The notes under the pieces were generated by a model, which worked only from the letters and a program-made list of their open reading frames with translations, was not told the origin of the DNA and did not search any database. Positions 1 through 13,574 of a DNA stretch of 64,000 nt are shown one piece after another. The number at the start of each line of letters is the position of its first letter. Within the stretch, counting starts at the first letter, position 1. Made by a program: the position numbers and the translations under genes. Source of the DNA: Octopus sinensis (Eukaryota). The DNA lies in the NCBI RefSeq assembly GCF_006345805.1, contig NC_043010.1:21886001-21950000 (forward strand), written 5' to 3'.

Positions 1-2181
1 GAAAACTACAGACCAATAACCTGCCTCCCTACTATGTTCAAGGCATTTACTGCAGTGATATCGCAAAGGCTGAACAAGCACCTGGACGAAAACAAACTGT
101 TCCCAGAAGAGCAGAAAGGATGCCGCAAGGGCTCATATGGCTGTAAAGATCAACTAATGATTAATAAAGCCGTAACTGAAGACAGCCACAGAAAGAAGAA
201 AGGCCTCAGTATGGCCTGGATTGACTACAAAAAGGCGTTTGATAGCATCCCCCACACATGGATCCTCGAAACACTAGCCATTAACAAAGTAGCACCAACA
301 ATCATAAAATTCATAGAGCACTCTATGAATAAATGGCAAACAGTCCTACACCTCCAAACAAAAGAGGGACTCATGAAAACCAAAGACATCCCCATTAGAA
401 GAGGAATATTCCAGGGAGACACGCTCTCTCCACTCCTTTTCTGCTTGGCACTGTCACCTCTATCTGATATGCTAAATAGAACTGGATGCGGATATAAATG
501 TTACGGCAAAACGATCAGCCACCTTTTATATATGGATGACCTAAAACTATACGCTGCAAATGACAAACAGCTGGAAACACTATTAAAGACAGTTCATGGA
601 TTTACCAAAGAAATAGATATGAAATTTGGATTAGAAAAATGCGCCAAAGTAACCATGAACAGAGGAAAACTAGTTAAGAGTAACAACATCACACTAGATA
701 AAACCAATGAAATAAAAGAATTAGACCAAAGCCAAACTTACAAATACTTAGGAATCCATGAACTAGATAAAACACAACACACACACAAATGAAAGAGAAA
801 ATAAAAAAAGAATATTATAGACGAGTTAGATCAATACTAAAAACAGAGCTCAATGCTAAAAACAAGATAATAGGTATCAACACTTTAGCTGTCCCAGTTA
901 TAAGTTACAGCTACAATATCCTTAACTGGACACGAAATGAACTGTCCAAAATAGATAGGAAAACAAGAAAAATACTGACAGGATCTAGGATGCATCACCC
1001 AAAATCTGACATAGAAATATTATATATACAACGTATAAAAGGCGGTAGAGGCCTTATACAGCTGGAAAACTACTATAAAATAACCACCATAGGACTGCAA
1101 AAATACCTACTTCAGAAGGAAGGAAAACTGATCCAGATAGCAGCAAAACACGAGCAAAACAAAAAACTGTTCTCAGTATTTAAGGAAGCTGACAAATACA
1201 AACAAGAATCATACCACCTAATAAACACAAAGAAGAAGAAGAAGATGATGAAGAAACAACAAAAGCTATAAAACTAATGAAATCCAAACTAAAAATAGAA
1301 CAGCAACGAGCCATGATAAAACGATGGCAAGAAAAGCCCCTTCATGGTAAATACTGCACTAAACTAAACGCAAAAGAAATAGACAAAGAAAAATCCCAGC
1401 AATGTTGAGAAGCTCAGGACTCAAAGCAGAAACAGAGGGATTTTTAATTGCAGCACAAGACCAAAGCCTCCCCACCAGAAATTACCAAAAACATGTAATG
1501 AAAAGAAATATTACAAGTAACTGCAGAATATGTGGAGATGGACAAGAAACAATAAATCATATTATCTCTAGCTGCCCAGTCCTGGCTAAGAAGGAATATA
1601 TTCACAGACATGACAGAGTTGGAACCTACATACATTGGAAGCTATGCCAATATTATGGAATAACAACAGAAAAAGATGGTATAGGCACACACCAGAAAAG
1701 GTCACAGAAAACGAGAAAGCAACCATACTCTGGGATATGCCGATACACACAGATAGAGAAATTAAGGCCAACAGACCAGATATAGTTGTCAGAGATCATG
1801 AAGAAAAAAATGCTTTCTAATTGATGTATCAATACCGGCAGATGACAACGTGTCTCTAAAAGAAATGGAGAAACTCTCAAAATACAAAGACCTGGAAATA
1901 GAGGTAACTAGAATGTGGAACCTGAAAACAGAAACAATTCCTATCATAGTAGGCGCATTAGGCATGATAAAAAAATACTCAGACAAATACATAACAAAAA
2001 CACCAGGACTTACAAACACATATAACATACAGAAAATTGCACTACTAGGCACTGCACACATCCTACGCAGAACACTTCCATACAATAACCATCAGAGCAT
2101 CACAACAAATCACAGCACATACCCAGGCACACAGAGCTGCGCTCGGTAGTGCAGTGAAAGCACGCTATAAAAATAAAACTA

Positions 2182-2184
<3 letters not shown>
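1..2184 (+). mobile_element. R4/Dong-clade non-LTR retrotransposon, 3' part (RT, CCHC knuckle, RLE), frameshifted; runs off the window at the 5' side
   Basis: ORFs 34-792 (DYKKAFDSIPH, GIFQGDTLSPLLF, LYMDDLK), 789-1271, 1402-1785 (CRICGDGQETINHIISSC, HRHDRV), RPDIVVRD/LIDVSIP RLE motif, 1850-2149 (KLSKYKDL...IQKIALLGTAHILR). Followed directly by (TAA)n at ~2185-2265. Confidence 0.95.
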
Positions 2185-2269
<85 letters not shown>

Positions 2270-2500
2270 CAACAACAGCAACAATAACAACATCGAAAAA
2301 TACCATGGAAATGAGGTGTTAAAGATTGGTTAACATAGATGTATTAAAACACAGTGATAGAGTCTTTGACAATGATAAGAAGATGTTGAGAAATAGAATC
2401 TTTGACAATAAGAAATGTGTTTAAACAGTTTACATAAAAGTGTTCAAAATAGGCAGAAAAAAGAGTTCATAATTGTTTATAAGTTCATCATAAATCGTAA

Positions 2501-2898
2501 TCTTTATATATAAAAGTAAGGCTGTGTGTCTGTCTCCTACGATTTAGATTCCTAACTACTCCCACATTTTGCGGCGCAGTTTAACCAAAACCGGGTATCT
2601 TATAGTCGTGATTCATATCGAGCCCTTCTGGGTATTAGCGGGCGTCTACGATGAGTCTACGATTTTAAAAATAATTTACCATAATTTTTTTCCTTTTTAA
2701 TGCATTTTTTACTCGGTTTTATATAAGGGAAGTAACTCTCTAAAAATGTCTACGATGAGTCAACTATTTAAAAAAAAATCACCATCATTTTTTTCCATTT
2801 TTAATGTATTTTTTTGCTATTTTTTGACTATAACTCTCTAAAAATGCTTTATAGTTATTTCCCTTACAAACCCGAGCAACGCCAGGCGATACTGCTAG
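2501..2898 (+). mobile_element. Non-autonomous Helitron (copy 1)
   Basis: Starts TC (TCTTTATATATAAAA) after an A; ends CCCGAGCAACGCCAGGCG hairpin-like motif then CTAG followed by T; no TSD. These are canonical Helitron termini. Confidence 0.85.
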
Positions 2899-2912
2899 TT
2901 GTTTATAGAATA

Positions 2913-3310
2913 CTAGCAGTATCGCCCGACGTTGCTTGGGTTTGTAAGGGAAATAGCTATATAAGCATTTTTAGAGAGTTATAGCCCAAAAATAGCAAAA
3001 CAATGCATTAAAAATGGAAAACAAATGATGGTAAATGCTTTTTAAATCGTTGACTCATTGTAGACATTTTTAGAGAGTTATTTCCCTTATATAATAGGGA
3101 AAAAAATGCATTAAAATGGAAAGAAATTATGGTAATTTTTTTTAAAAATCGTAGACTCGTCGTAGACGCGCGCTAATACCCAGAAGGGCTCGATATGAAT
3201 AACGACTATAAGATACCCGGTTTTGGTTAAACTGCACCGTAAAATGTGGGAGTAGTTAGGAATCTAAATCGTAGGAGACAGACACACAACTTGACATTTA
3301 TATATAAAGA
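2913..3310 (-). mobile_element. Non-autonomous Helitron (copy 2, inverted)
   Basis: Reverse-complement copy of 2501-2898 with TC start, CCCAAGCAACGTCGGGCG and CTAG end, inserted at A|T on the minus strand. Confidence 0.85.
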
Positions 3311-3411
3311 TTAGCTGAAAATTAGCTGAGAGTATTTGATAGGAGAAAGTGTGTATTGCTTCATATTTATATATATATATATCTATATCTATATCTATAT
3401 CTATCTATCTA

Positions 3412-3454
<43 letters not shown>

Positions 3455-3464
3455 GCGCATATAT

Positions 3465-3631
3465 ACAATTATAAATAAGTGCAAAATTAAAAAGATTTCT
3501 ATGTCAATATGCTGAGAATAGAAGTTAAATCGTCATTCACCACATACAGTATGTCATGATTGACGATTTAAATTCTATTCTCAGCATATTGACATAGAAG
3601 TCTTTTTTCTTTTGCCCTTATGTATAATCGT
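3465..3631. mobile_element. Palindromic mini-element (MITE-like), 71-bp arms and 25-nt loop
   Basis: 3491-3535 versus the reverse complement of 3561-3605 differs at 2 positions; the arms extend with a few more mismatches to 3465/3631. Lies next to a (TA)n tract. Confidence 0.6.
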
Positions 3632-3896
3632 TTATAAATTTTACTTTTAAAGGTATTTTCAATATGCCGGCCACTTTGATGAAATTTTTAGGTACATTTT
3701 ATCCTATACAAATTTCTATGTACATATACTTGTATGCGTACGTGTATGAATATATCCGTATATGAATGGGTATACATGGATATGTTGGAATGTGATATAT
3801 ATATTCGGATGCGCAGTTTTTGGTCTTCTTATATCTGTCAGTAGATTGGGTATATCAATCGAAGTGTACAGTATTATACATCCATTACGGTTGATC

Positions 3897-3976
3897 GTTC
3901 CAATCGGTTTCGCACTAGAGGTTTAACGGAGTGTTATGTAATAGTCCGATTATATAACTGTGTTCTTCAGAGGTAC
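3897..3976 (-). ncRNA. Degenerate type I hammerhead-like motif (PLE-type)
   Basis: Minus strand: GUACC-U-CUGAAGA-ACAC...GUGC-GAA-ACCGAU-U-GGAAC. Stem III is one change from the ACCGGU palindrome; stems I and II each have one mismatch. Confidence 0.3.
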
Positions 3977-4045
3977 CCGTTATGGAATGAAATAGGGTGA
4001 TTGATCGATATTGTTGGCGATCTCTTGTTGAAACCAATTGGTATG

Positions 4046-4114
<69 letters not shown>

Positions 4115-4127
4115 AAGGTGCATAATA

Positions 4128-4175
4128 TGCGTTTACCTGTGTTTTACCCTGCGATGGACTGGAATCCTTTCACTG
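4128..4175 (+). mobile_element. SINE central-domain remnant (V-domain-like)
   Basis: TACCCTGCGATGGACTGGAATCC resembles the CCTGCGATGGACTGG core of V-SINE-type elements (recalled, not aligned). Confidence 0.35.
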
Positions 4176-4813
4176 ACAATGCGGGCCTAACAGCCTAGCC
4201 ATCAGTGGAGTATTATTCGAAAGCAAATTCTGACTAGCAGTGTATAATACCACCCAACAGTCTGATCGATACAGTGATACACACATACCCACTTCCACCG
4301 CCCCCACACACATATATATGTATATATAAATATACATATGTATATATGTATATATATATATATGTATATTAATATATATATAGGAAAAAAGAGAATATAT
4401 TAATATATACATATACATATATATATAATGTACACAATACATATACATACATACATGCATACATATAACATACATACATATAATATATATATATATATCA
4501 TGTACAGCGTACAATGAAATGATATTTATTTTATCGGCTGGAGCCATTATTTCAGTTTTACGCTTTCACACTCGTTTAGACATGTAAAATAAGATGTAAA
4601 ACGAAGCCTAACGATCGTTGTTTTTTTGTTGTTATTACTGCTGTTGTTTGTTTTGTTAACCATTCTTTTGTTTTTTGGTGTTGATTATTCCTGGTTTAAT
4701 TTCAATAAGCCAATCTATTTCAGCCAAGCTAATGAAATCTATTTCCGCTGACAATCACAATATGAACTCCACAGACAACATCTTGTAAAGTAGTCCTAGT
4801 ACACAGTATATAT

Positions 4814-4849
<36 letters not shown>

Positions 4850-5298
4850 AACTCGCCCGGAAATGGATGCGTGGCGTTCAATTAAATAATAATATAAATA
4901 TTAAACTATATATTTATGTGACCATCGTCCATCTTTCTTTTCCTCGCGTGGTTTCCTTCTCCCCGCACGGACGTTCTGGAGATTAGACGTCTCCTATCTC
5001 TCTTCTATCTTTTCTCTTTTCAAAGAAAATATTTCTATCTTTTCTCCCAGCATTCACTATTTTCACCTTGTTCAGATCCAACGACCCTCCATTGTTGTTT
5101 TTGTCCTTGTATGTCTCTACTGTCTTGTTTTGGTTCCTAAATTTGATCCCCCATAAATCCAAAACCTTATTTTGGTATTTATGGAAGCAGCTATCCTCGA
5201 AAACTCATATTGTCTTCGATTGCTCGAATTGGGGACTAGATGGACAGCCGACAACTGATGGGGGGTGGGAGGGGTCATTCTTTGTGTTACTTGCCCTT

Positions 5299-5329
<31 letters not shown>

Positions 5330-5438
5330 TTGCGTAGTTAACTCATTCATTTTCCTATTTCCTGTTGTTTGCTGTTGCTGACGTCCAATATAATATAATA
5401 TAATATATAATACACGTATATATATATATATATACATA

Positions 5439-5497
<59 letters not shown>

Positions 5498-5968
5498 ACA
5501 TATGTATGTATGTGTATTCTTCGTTATGATCTTTCCCGTTATGATGTCATTTCTATATATTTCAGTAATGATGCTTGGCTTGTGGTTTGAGAGAGAGGTT
5601 TAGTTGATATTTCTAGTAAATTGTGTGACCTTATATCATACAGTTATACTGTTATTAGTTAAAAGCAGATCCATATTTATGTTTGCAATTATCTCGACCC
5701 TAATATAATCAATATTTCGTAACTCGTGTTTCCGAAGTTTATGACTTATGTTTATCGCCAACACGATACGATGAAAATCGCTCTTTACCTACTCATTCAC
5801 AGCTACACAATATATTCGTAACTCGTTATATTCATATCTCTCATCATTTTCGCACGCACACAGAACCGCACACACACGCACACATAAATATAGACATATC
5901 CCAAAATGAATACATATACATACATAGACGTAAACCACCATACACACATACCTATATATATGTGTGCG

Positions 5969-6003
<35 letters not shown>

Positions 6004-6004
6004 T

Positions 6005-6042
<38 letters not shown>

Positions 6043-6072
6043 TATATACATACATATATATATATATATTAG

Positions 6073-6110
<38 letters not shown>

Positions 6111-6185
6111 TATATATATATAATATATATATAATATATATATATATACATACATATATATATATATATTAGTTATTTATATATA

Positions 6186-6269
<84 letters not shown>

Positions 6270-6678
6270 TATAAGGTAGTGTACAAGCCGAACTCTTGTG
6301 TTTGATCTCTTCATATATTCACGCCTCTATTCATCGACTTTTTCCTATATTTTCTATCAGATACGTAAACCAAATGATCGATATCTTAGTTCTCTCTTTA
6401 CTTTGCTCCTCTCTTGCTTTTTTCCTCTCTCCTCTTTTCCAATCTCTCTCTTTCTCTTTCTCTCTCTCACTCTCTCTCTCTCTCTCTCTCTGTCTTGCCA
6501 TATAGTAATTCCATTTTTCTTCTCTTATCTTTCACACTTCCACCATCTTTTCTTTTTCTTTAATTTCTTTACGTATTACTCACTCAATGTTCATGTTGTG
6601 CCAATGTTTCTGAAAATGCTTACCCTCCCTCCATCTCCTCCCAATTTCCCCCCAAATTACTCATTCTCTCTGTCTCTG

Positions 6679-6714
<36 letters not shown>

Positions 6715-6951
6715 TTTCCAACTCGCGCGCGTTCTGTCACTCATTTCTTTTATTCTTTCTCAGATATTTCTCCGAATCTCACTCCTACTAAACATATATA
6801 CATGTACGCATACTTTCCTACCTACCAACACACACACACACACACACGCACACACACAGACATAGATGCACACACATGAACACCTACACACTCACGTCCA
6901 CACACACACATTTACATACGCAAACATACACGTATACATATAAATGTGTGC

Positions 6952-6990
<39 letters not shown>

Positions 6991-7182
6991 GTAAATAAAT
7001 ATATGTATAAGTGCATACATATGTATGCACATTATATATATATATATATAAGTAGAATTTGATCATTTATATATATATTGATACAAAACACACACACATA
7101 AATAGCTTGATACAAGCACAAATATATACACATGTACAAACACATATACGAACATAAATTAGTTATATATAGCTCACTCTCT

Positions 7183-7232
<50 letters not shown>

Positions 7233-10200
7233 ATTTTAGTTGATTTCTTTCTTTTCTTCCTTGTTATAAATCTAATGTTCACCCTGTCTTCACTTTCTTA
7301 GCTTCAACGATTTTTACGCAACCAGTTCGTGTTTCTATTTTTGATGTTATTGTAATAGATGTGTTCCTGAAGCCTTTCGATAACGTTTTATTCTTTACTC
7401 CTCATATTTTGCTTGGTTTGTTTTTATGGTTACTCTACGTAAACTCTGGCTTTGAATTGTTTTTACCGCTATAATAGGTAATTTGCTCAATAAAGCTATC
7501 AGCTGCATAATTATGCAAATAGCTACCATTATGGTCAACTATCTTTGTCATCAAATGAGTCTTATTCCTGTGCGGTTATCTAAAATCAATAGTGTTAACA
7601 TAGTACAAAATAGATTTCTGTGGCGAATGGAGTATATTAAATTCAAACAGTGACCAGTCCAAAACTAGTGGACAACGAATCGACAAAAATTAAGCCACGT
7701 CTTCTCGAAAATGAAGTTAGCATTCGTGACAATGTATTCTCATTCAAATTTAGTTCGATAATTCTGTCGAGTTATATACACAAGCACACAAAATAAACTA
7801 AAGAGGACGCATATATATTATAGTGCAGAGTTAACTACATCACATGAAAATTACATTTGACTATGAAAGCTTTTGTGTGCTTATAATATTCAATATATAC
7901 GTTTGACGTATTCATTACACGTACATCTTACACAAAATTTATTAAGTTCTTTGCTGTTGGGTTGATTACATAATTATTTTCATACACTCATCTAATTATT
8001 TTCACCCTTTTATATATCGATATTAGGAGAGCAAATTTATATGATGCTTATATTTTGTACATCATCTGCCGAGGTATTTTTTAATATTGATTAATTTTAG
8101 CAATTTTTCTGACACTGACAAAGTATTTAGCAAAAATATGAAATACATTTTATTCTTCAATACACAAAACAAGACACGTAATAATGCTTTCGAATTTTGA
8201 CTCAGGGTCGAAAGGACTCAAAGACGAAAGGAAACGAGGTCGAAAAGACAAATAGTCTAATGGACACGAAATTTAATGGCTGAAATGCAAATCAACCTAG
8301 GGAAGATTTGAACTCAAAAAGTAACGACTGATGAATATGCCGTTAAGCTTCATGTCCGGCTTGTTAACGAACCTGATAATTCAGACCCGGAAGAAATGCC
8401 GCCAAGCATTTTAATCAACGTGCTAACGATTGTGCGCAGGATTGCCACCATAAGATGTTTCATAATGAATATTTATGTAGTTATCTCTTAATGTGTTTAA
8501 CCACTAAGCTCAACATTTGATACTTAAAACTATCCAAGACATCCTTCAAAATTTTTAAACCAACGTGCGAGTCTCTTGGCAGAAACTCAAGGCGCTAGAA
8601 TTACTCCTCACAACTGCAAGACCCTCCTTATTCTCCTGAACAAAGAGGAATTCGTTGATTGATCTAGCTACTCTTACGGAAGAAGAAGTAAGGGATTGTA
8701 AGGAACAGATCTCATTACATCATATTGCCTTAATCGGATTTAAACGCAGAACTGAAAAAGAACATCAAAAACAACAACAACGACAACAATCAATATTTTA
8801 CAGGACAAGTCGTTGCGTTGCCATTTCTCAAAGCAGTGGCAGACTCGAACCAATAATGTGTCTTCTATGCGCTGCTCTGACAATCTACAATTAAGAGCCA
8901 AATTGTCCTCAAATAGCATACCATATTTCTGTTAAAAGAAGAGAAACATGGGATATATGAAGCGTATGAATAAAAGTCAAGATGACCACGCAAAGCCTTT
9001 GTGTATAGCACTTTTCAGTCAGGATCGAGATGAAAGCAGACAAAACAAAACAACATAGGTAGTTGCCCACCGAGATCAGTATAAAGCTATCATAGACTAA
9101 TTCAGATTTAATGTTTTTAGAATATACTCTCACTGAACTAAAATTAGGGTATCTTTCACATCGTTTCCTAGTTTTGCATTTATTCTCTGTGGATTTATCA
9201 TTATCTAAAAATGAGTGAAAGATGACATTTCAAAAAGCAGTGTTAATATTAAAGATTTACTAATTATCATCAATCTTTGAGATACTTCAATGCAAGATAT
9301 TTATCTAGTTATGAGAAATACATAACTATTTTACATTGGTCAGGGAGTAAATTTTACAATCAATCTCTCATTAATTCAATTCAACAAAATGGTCGTTCCG
9401 TTGAGGAGTATCTGGTACTTTTTTTTCACTTTGTTAATGTGCAAAAGTATTGAAAGTACACATTCATTCTCTCCTGCTAACGGATTTGCAGCTGTTGTGA
9501 GCGATTATGCAGGGAGAGGGTGAGCTTGATATTAGTTTGAAGGTTTTCCAAGCCAATCACATTTTCCTGAGTCCCAGACTCCTTTTTATTTCAGTAGCAG
9601 AAAGTGAGATTTGCACTCAAGAAAAGCTGAACCAGAACAGGCACCGAAAGGCATCTTTTGAGATAATCTATGTTATCTTTAGTAATTTATTTAAGACTCC
9701 TGAAATAGCATTCTATATGCTCCTGTAGCTGCTCTGCCGGCTCCACGTCCAAATTAGGTGATTATAATCTCTATAAATTTTAATTGACTAAACTGAGCAT
9801 ATGAGTATCACTAATGTTTTTTTAATCGAATCAAATCAATAAATCATGATATTTTTATTCCCCACCACCTCGTATACGTGGCTGTATATCATTTTAAAGC
9901 ACTCATGCCACAAACTCTGAAGTTCTGCCAATAAAATAACTGAAACTTAATATCGTTTGGCCCAACAATACAACGGTCGTTATATTTAAATAAGTTGCAA
10001 GTCTGAGGACTAAGAGTTAATTGACAAAACTCCTTAATAACCATGAAATCATTTAAATACTTTAGATTTGGCACACCTCAAGGGGCATAACAATTCAAAC
10101 GTTAAATGGTGATGTTTTGTCGGAAATAGGACAAACCAAATTAAAGTCTATAAAAGTTGACGCAATGAAAATGTTACATAAATCACATAGACAAAAGGGG

Positions 10201-11399
10201 CAGAGTACAATATTTACTCGAGTATATCATCATGAAAAGGATCAAATGTTCAGGTTCAAATGTTCTTATAGAATAGTACATTTGCATATGGCCATGTTGA
10301 ATTACCCTTTCTCTAAAATATGTGTTTATAGCAAATGTTGAGAATCATTGAAATAAATCAAACCAAACTAATGTATTTTAACCTCCAATTTAATTCTGTT
10401 TAGATGTAAGCTCACCTCCAATAGTTTGTGCTCAGACATTCGTTAAGCAAACAAATATTCCAGGACTTAGAACTGCGAGTTGCTTAACTGAGAGCTAAAT
10501 TTATCGGGTTTAAGATTTGTGTGTTTCGATCAATGGCATAACGCGTAGTCAGAGTCAGATTCGAAAGCTGGATGGACGTTGAAATCACTTGTAAGATACA
10601 ATGGAGACTAGGTTAGTCACAACTATGCGTTATACTGAGGTAATTAATAGATCAAAATCGAAACACTGTTCTGTATGTTTCAATATAATGGTGTACCATC
10701 ATCTTTAGTATAGTGATGTGATAAAAAGGTGTGTGTGGAACTCATTAGTGAGAAGTGATTCCATTGTTCTTAACAACAGCTTGAAATCCTCGTAATACTC
10801 TAGATATTAATTAACAAAGCCAAGTAGGCAATAAACGGCGAGAATAATTGTTTTGGAGAGACGCATAGTGTGTTGTCTGACCAAAATGTTATTGGCTGGC
10901 ACTTGGACCTAGAGCAATGCTTCATTAGACACTCAACAAGCAATATTCTATCAATCAATACTATAATTAAAACTCGGAAATGAGAAAAATATCATTTGCA
11001 ACTGCTGACTCGTTATTGAACAATGCTGCATTCACTGTGCTAGGCTCTCCATTCTTTTGTGCATTTTCATTCACTCATTCATTCGTCTAGTTCTTGCTTT
11101 CTTCATTTTATTGCTTGATATTCTTCTGGCTATTCATGCGTCTCCCTTTCTCTTTCTCCCCCCCCCCACACATCGATGTGTGATTATGCTTGTTTATTTA
11201 TGATGCCATACAACAGCCCGACACTGTTCGAACATATCTATTAAGAAACATTAAGCGGAGACATTTAAGGAGATACATGGTTTGAGAAAATGAATTGTTG
11301 TCTGTAACAAATAACGACAGTGTTACCTAGTAACTATTTCTCGATATTTCCAACAGCATTCAGTGTTTAACATTCGATTTTTAAAAAAAATAATAACAA

Positions 11400-11820
11400 A
11401 GGAACATACTGTGACATTTTTATTTGTTTCCTTCGAGATAACAAACAATAAATGGATAGTATGCTCCAGGCATTTTTGTCTCATGAATATTATTTGATAT
11501 TCATCTCTAGTAAAACTAAATCGTTCCATTTCTTTTTTTTTTCATTGTTATCATGTGAACAAGAACATTACATGGGAAATTAGTTTGATCTGGAATATTC
11601 GTAGCAATCAAGCCAATACTAATGTACAAGTATAATTGCTGGCGTGTTTTGTTTTTGCTTCTACTATGCATTGAATGCGTTGCAGTCACACTAAATTACT
11701 GAATAATTTGCAGTTTATGACTTTTCACCAATCTATGCAGCAATGTCTAAAAATGCTGAAATGTGACAGACGGCTACAATTCTTCTCTGTTTATTACATA
11801 GAGTGAAACATTTCCAATAA
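11400..11820. pseudogene. Diverged repeat copy 1, possibly decayed coding sequence of unknown family
   Basis: Direct homolog of 15480-15895; 42-nt core 11571-11612 matches 15646-15687 at 40/42 positions. Confidence 0.3.
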
Positions 11821-12065
11821 ATTGGTCGGTGTCGTGTCGTGCCATACAGAGTTTAACCGAATATTGTTATATTCACTTGTGGTTCTTAATATTCAGAAGT
11901 TGTTAAGTGTACAATATCCATTGAATCATTGTTTTATCTGGCTGTCACGCTAATATCTTCACATCTTCCTAAAATGTATGATCTTTATTTTCCAAGAACA
12001 TCATAAACTCCAACTCCTTTTAAAGCTTCTTTCGCTACATAAACATAGAATTTGCCAGTTCTTTT

Positions 12066-12387
12066 ATCTTTTGGGGGATCTTGAAGAATTTTAGTCGAAT
12101 GAACCGACCCTAGTACTTTTTAAAAGCCTGGTACTCATTCTATCGGTTCCTTTTTACCGAACTGCTAAGTCACGTAGAATTGTGGGGCAAACTCATATCC
12201 AATGACACTCCCGCATAGATATATAAACGACAGGTTTCTTTCCGTTTCCACCTTCCATCTCCACTGACAAGTCACTGATCGGGCCGTGGCTATAGTTGAA
12301 AATATCTACGCAAGATGCCCGCAGTGGGATTGAACCCGGAACCATGTAGTTGTGAAGCAAATTTCTTAGCACACAACTACGCCTGTA
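12066..12387 (-). mobile_element. tRNA-derived SINE, family A
   Basis: Minus-strand head ACAGGCGTAGTTGTGTG...GGTTCAATCCCACTGCG with B-box-like motif; body shares CGATAGAATGAGTACCAG with the copies at 19.2 kb and 49.6 kb. Confidence 0.8.
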
Positions 12388-12462
12388 TATAACAAATATT
12401 TTGGATGAAAGGTCGGAACATGATTATTAATGTATTTTAACCATTTAGTCAAATGGACTTAC

Positions 12463-12540
12463 CCAGCGCCATTCTGTCTTGCCATATGCAGAGGCAGTAG
12501 TGTTCGAGGTGTCTGAGTAACGCCCCATCCCGAGCCTCAC
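12463..12540 (-). CDS. Candidate internal exon, 78 nt, phase 0: VRLGMGRYSDTSNTTASAYGKTEWRW
   Basis: Acceptor CTATTTCCTTCTAATCACAG|G, donor TGG|GTAAGT, length divisible by 3, open frame, non-repetitive sequence. No homolog recognised with certainty. Confidence 0.4.
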
Positions 12541-13325
12541 CTGTGATTAGAAGGAAATAGCTAATTGTTTGGAGCGGAAGTTCTTATGCAATTTTGATCC
12601 TTTTGTTTTACTTATCATTTAAAGTCAACATCACGGGTGATTCTCATAGAAGATAGGGTACCAACGCTAAAGTTGTTGCCGTTACCAATATCTAAGCCCT
12701 AGGCTCATTCCATTGTAGTGATTGCAATATTGTCACCAGTTCCTGTGTTTAATCTCTATTCTTCATACACCTCATCGACTGATCTCTGGGAAAGGATATA
12801 GTCGAGGTTGTACGGAACAAATGTCTCATTCAAGGACATTCTAATATCTCTGTGCTAAATTGTACGATAACAGAGCAATTGTTATGGGAAACACTAAGCA
12901 AATCTTTTCTCAGTGAAGAAAGTAGGCCTGTAATGATATTTATTTTTACTTTTTGTGCAGACGCATGTTATCTATGGTCATCGTAGGATCTCCAAGATCA
13001 GGAAGTGATGCTGTTAAATATCTGCTTACATTGTTGCATATCTAAACCTACGAAACGAAATGGAAGTATAGACGGTTGACATTTCGGAGAAGAGGGATTT
13101 CGAGAAGTCGTTGGAGCCGGATTTTGGTAGTTGGGCATCACATGGAAGGAAAGAAATTGAATGTCGGTAGTACGTGAGTAATCATCTCTGAAGAGTAATT
13201 ACCACCATATTTCTCTAGAAAATGTTAGAGACGACAAAGGAAAAAGAAAGTCTGTGGGCGAATATCTGGAGCATTAATGAGTATGCTACTCAGTGTGTTG
13301 TAGTTCTCTAGTGGCAGGCTACGTT

Positions 13326-13399
<74 letters not shown>

Positions 13400-13402
<3 letters not shown>

Positions 13403-13553
13403 TTGTGGCGAAAGAGTCAGCAGAAGTTCACCATTACCTTCTGCCGGAGCCGCGTTGAGCTTAGGTGTTTTCGCTCATAAACACACACATCACCCGGTCT
13501 GAGATTCGAACCCGCGAGTCCGCTGCTCTAACCACTAGGCCATGTGCCTCCAC
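13400..13553 (-). mobile_element. tRNA-derived SINE, family C
   Basis: Minus-strand head GTGGAGGCACATGGCCTAGTGGTTAGAGCAGCGGACTCGCGGGTTCGAATCTC (A and B boxes); abuts (GA)n/(GT)n. Confidence 0.75.
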
Positions 13554-13574
13554 AATACGTAGAGTAGTTCTTAC

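Noticed and set aside
6040-6250. 100-bp higher-order duplication and phase slips inside a (TA)n array
   Set aside because: Explained by slippage or consensus error in long TA tracts; cannot be separated from assembly noise.
8760-8930. Strong minus-strand acceptor with open frame KYGMLFEDNLALNC...
   Set aside because: No good in-frame donor, and LFEDNLAL resembles the LFADD motif of RTE-type RT, so it is probably a LINE relic.
13030-13047. 18-nt segment between a plausible AG and GTAAGC on the minus strand
   Set aside because: It has a stop in phase 0, incompatible with the neighbouring exon candidates.
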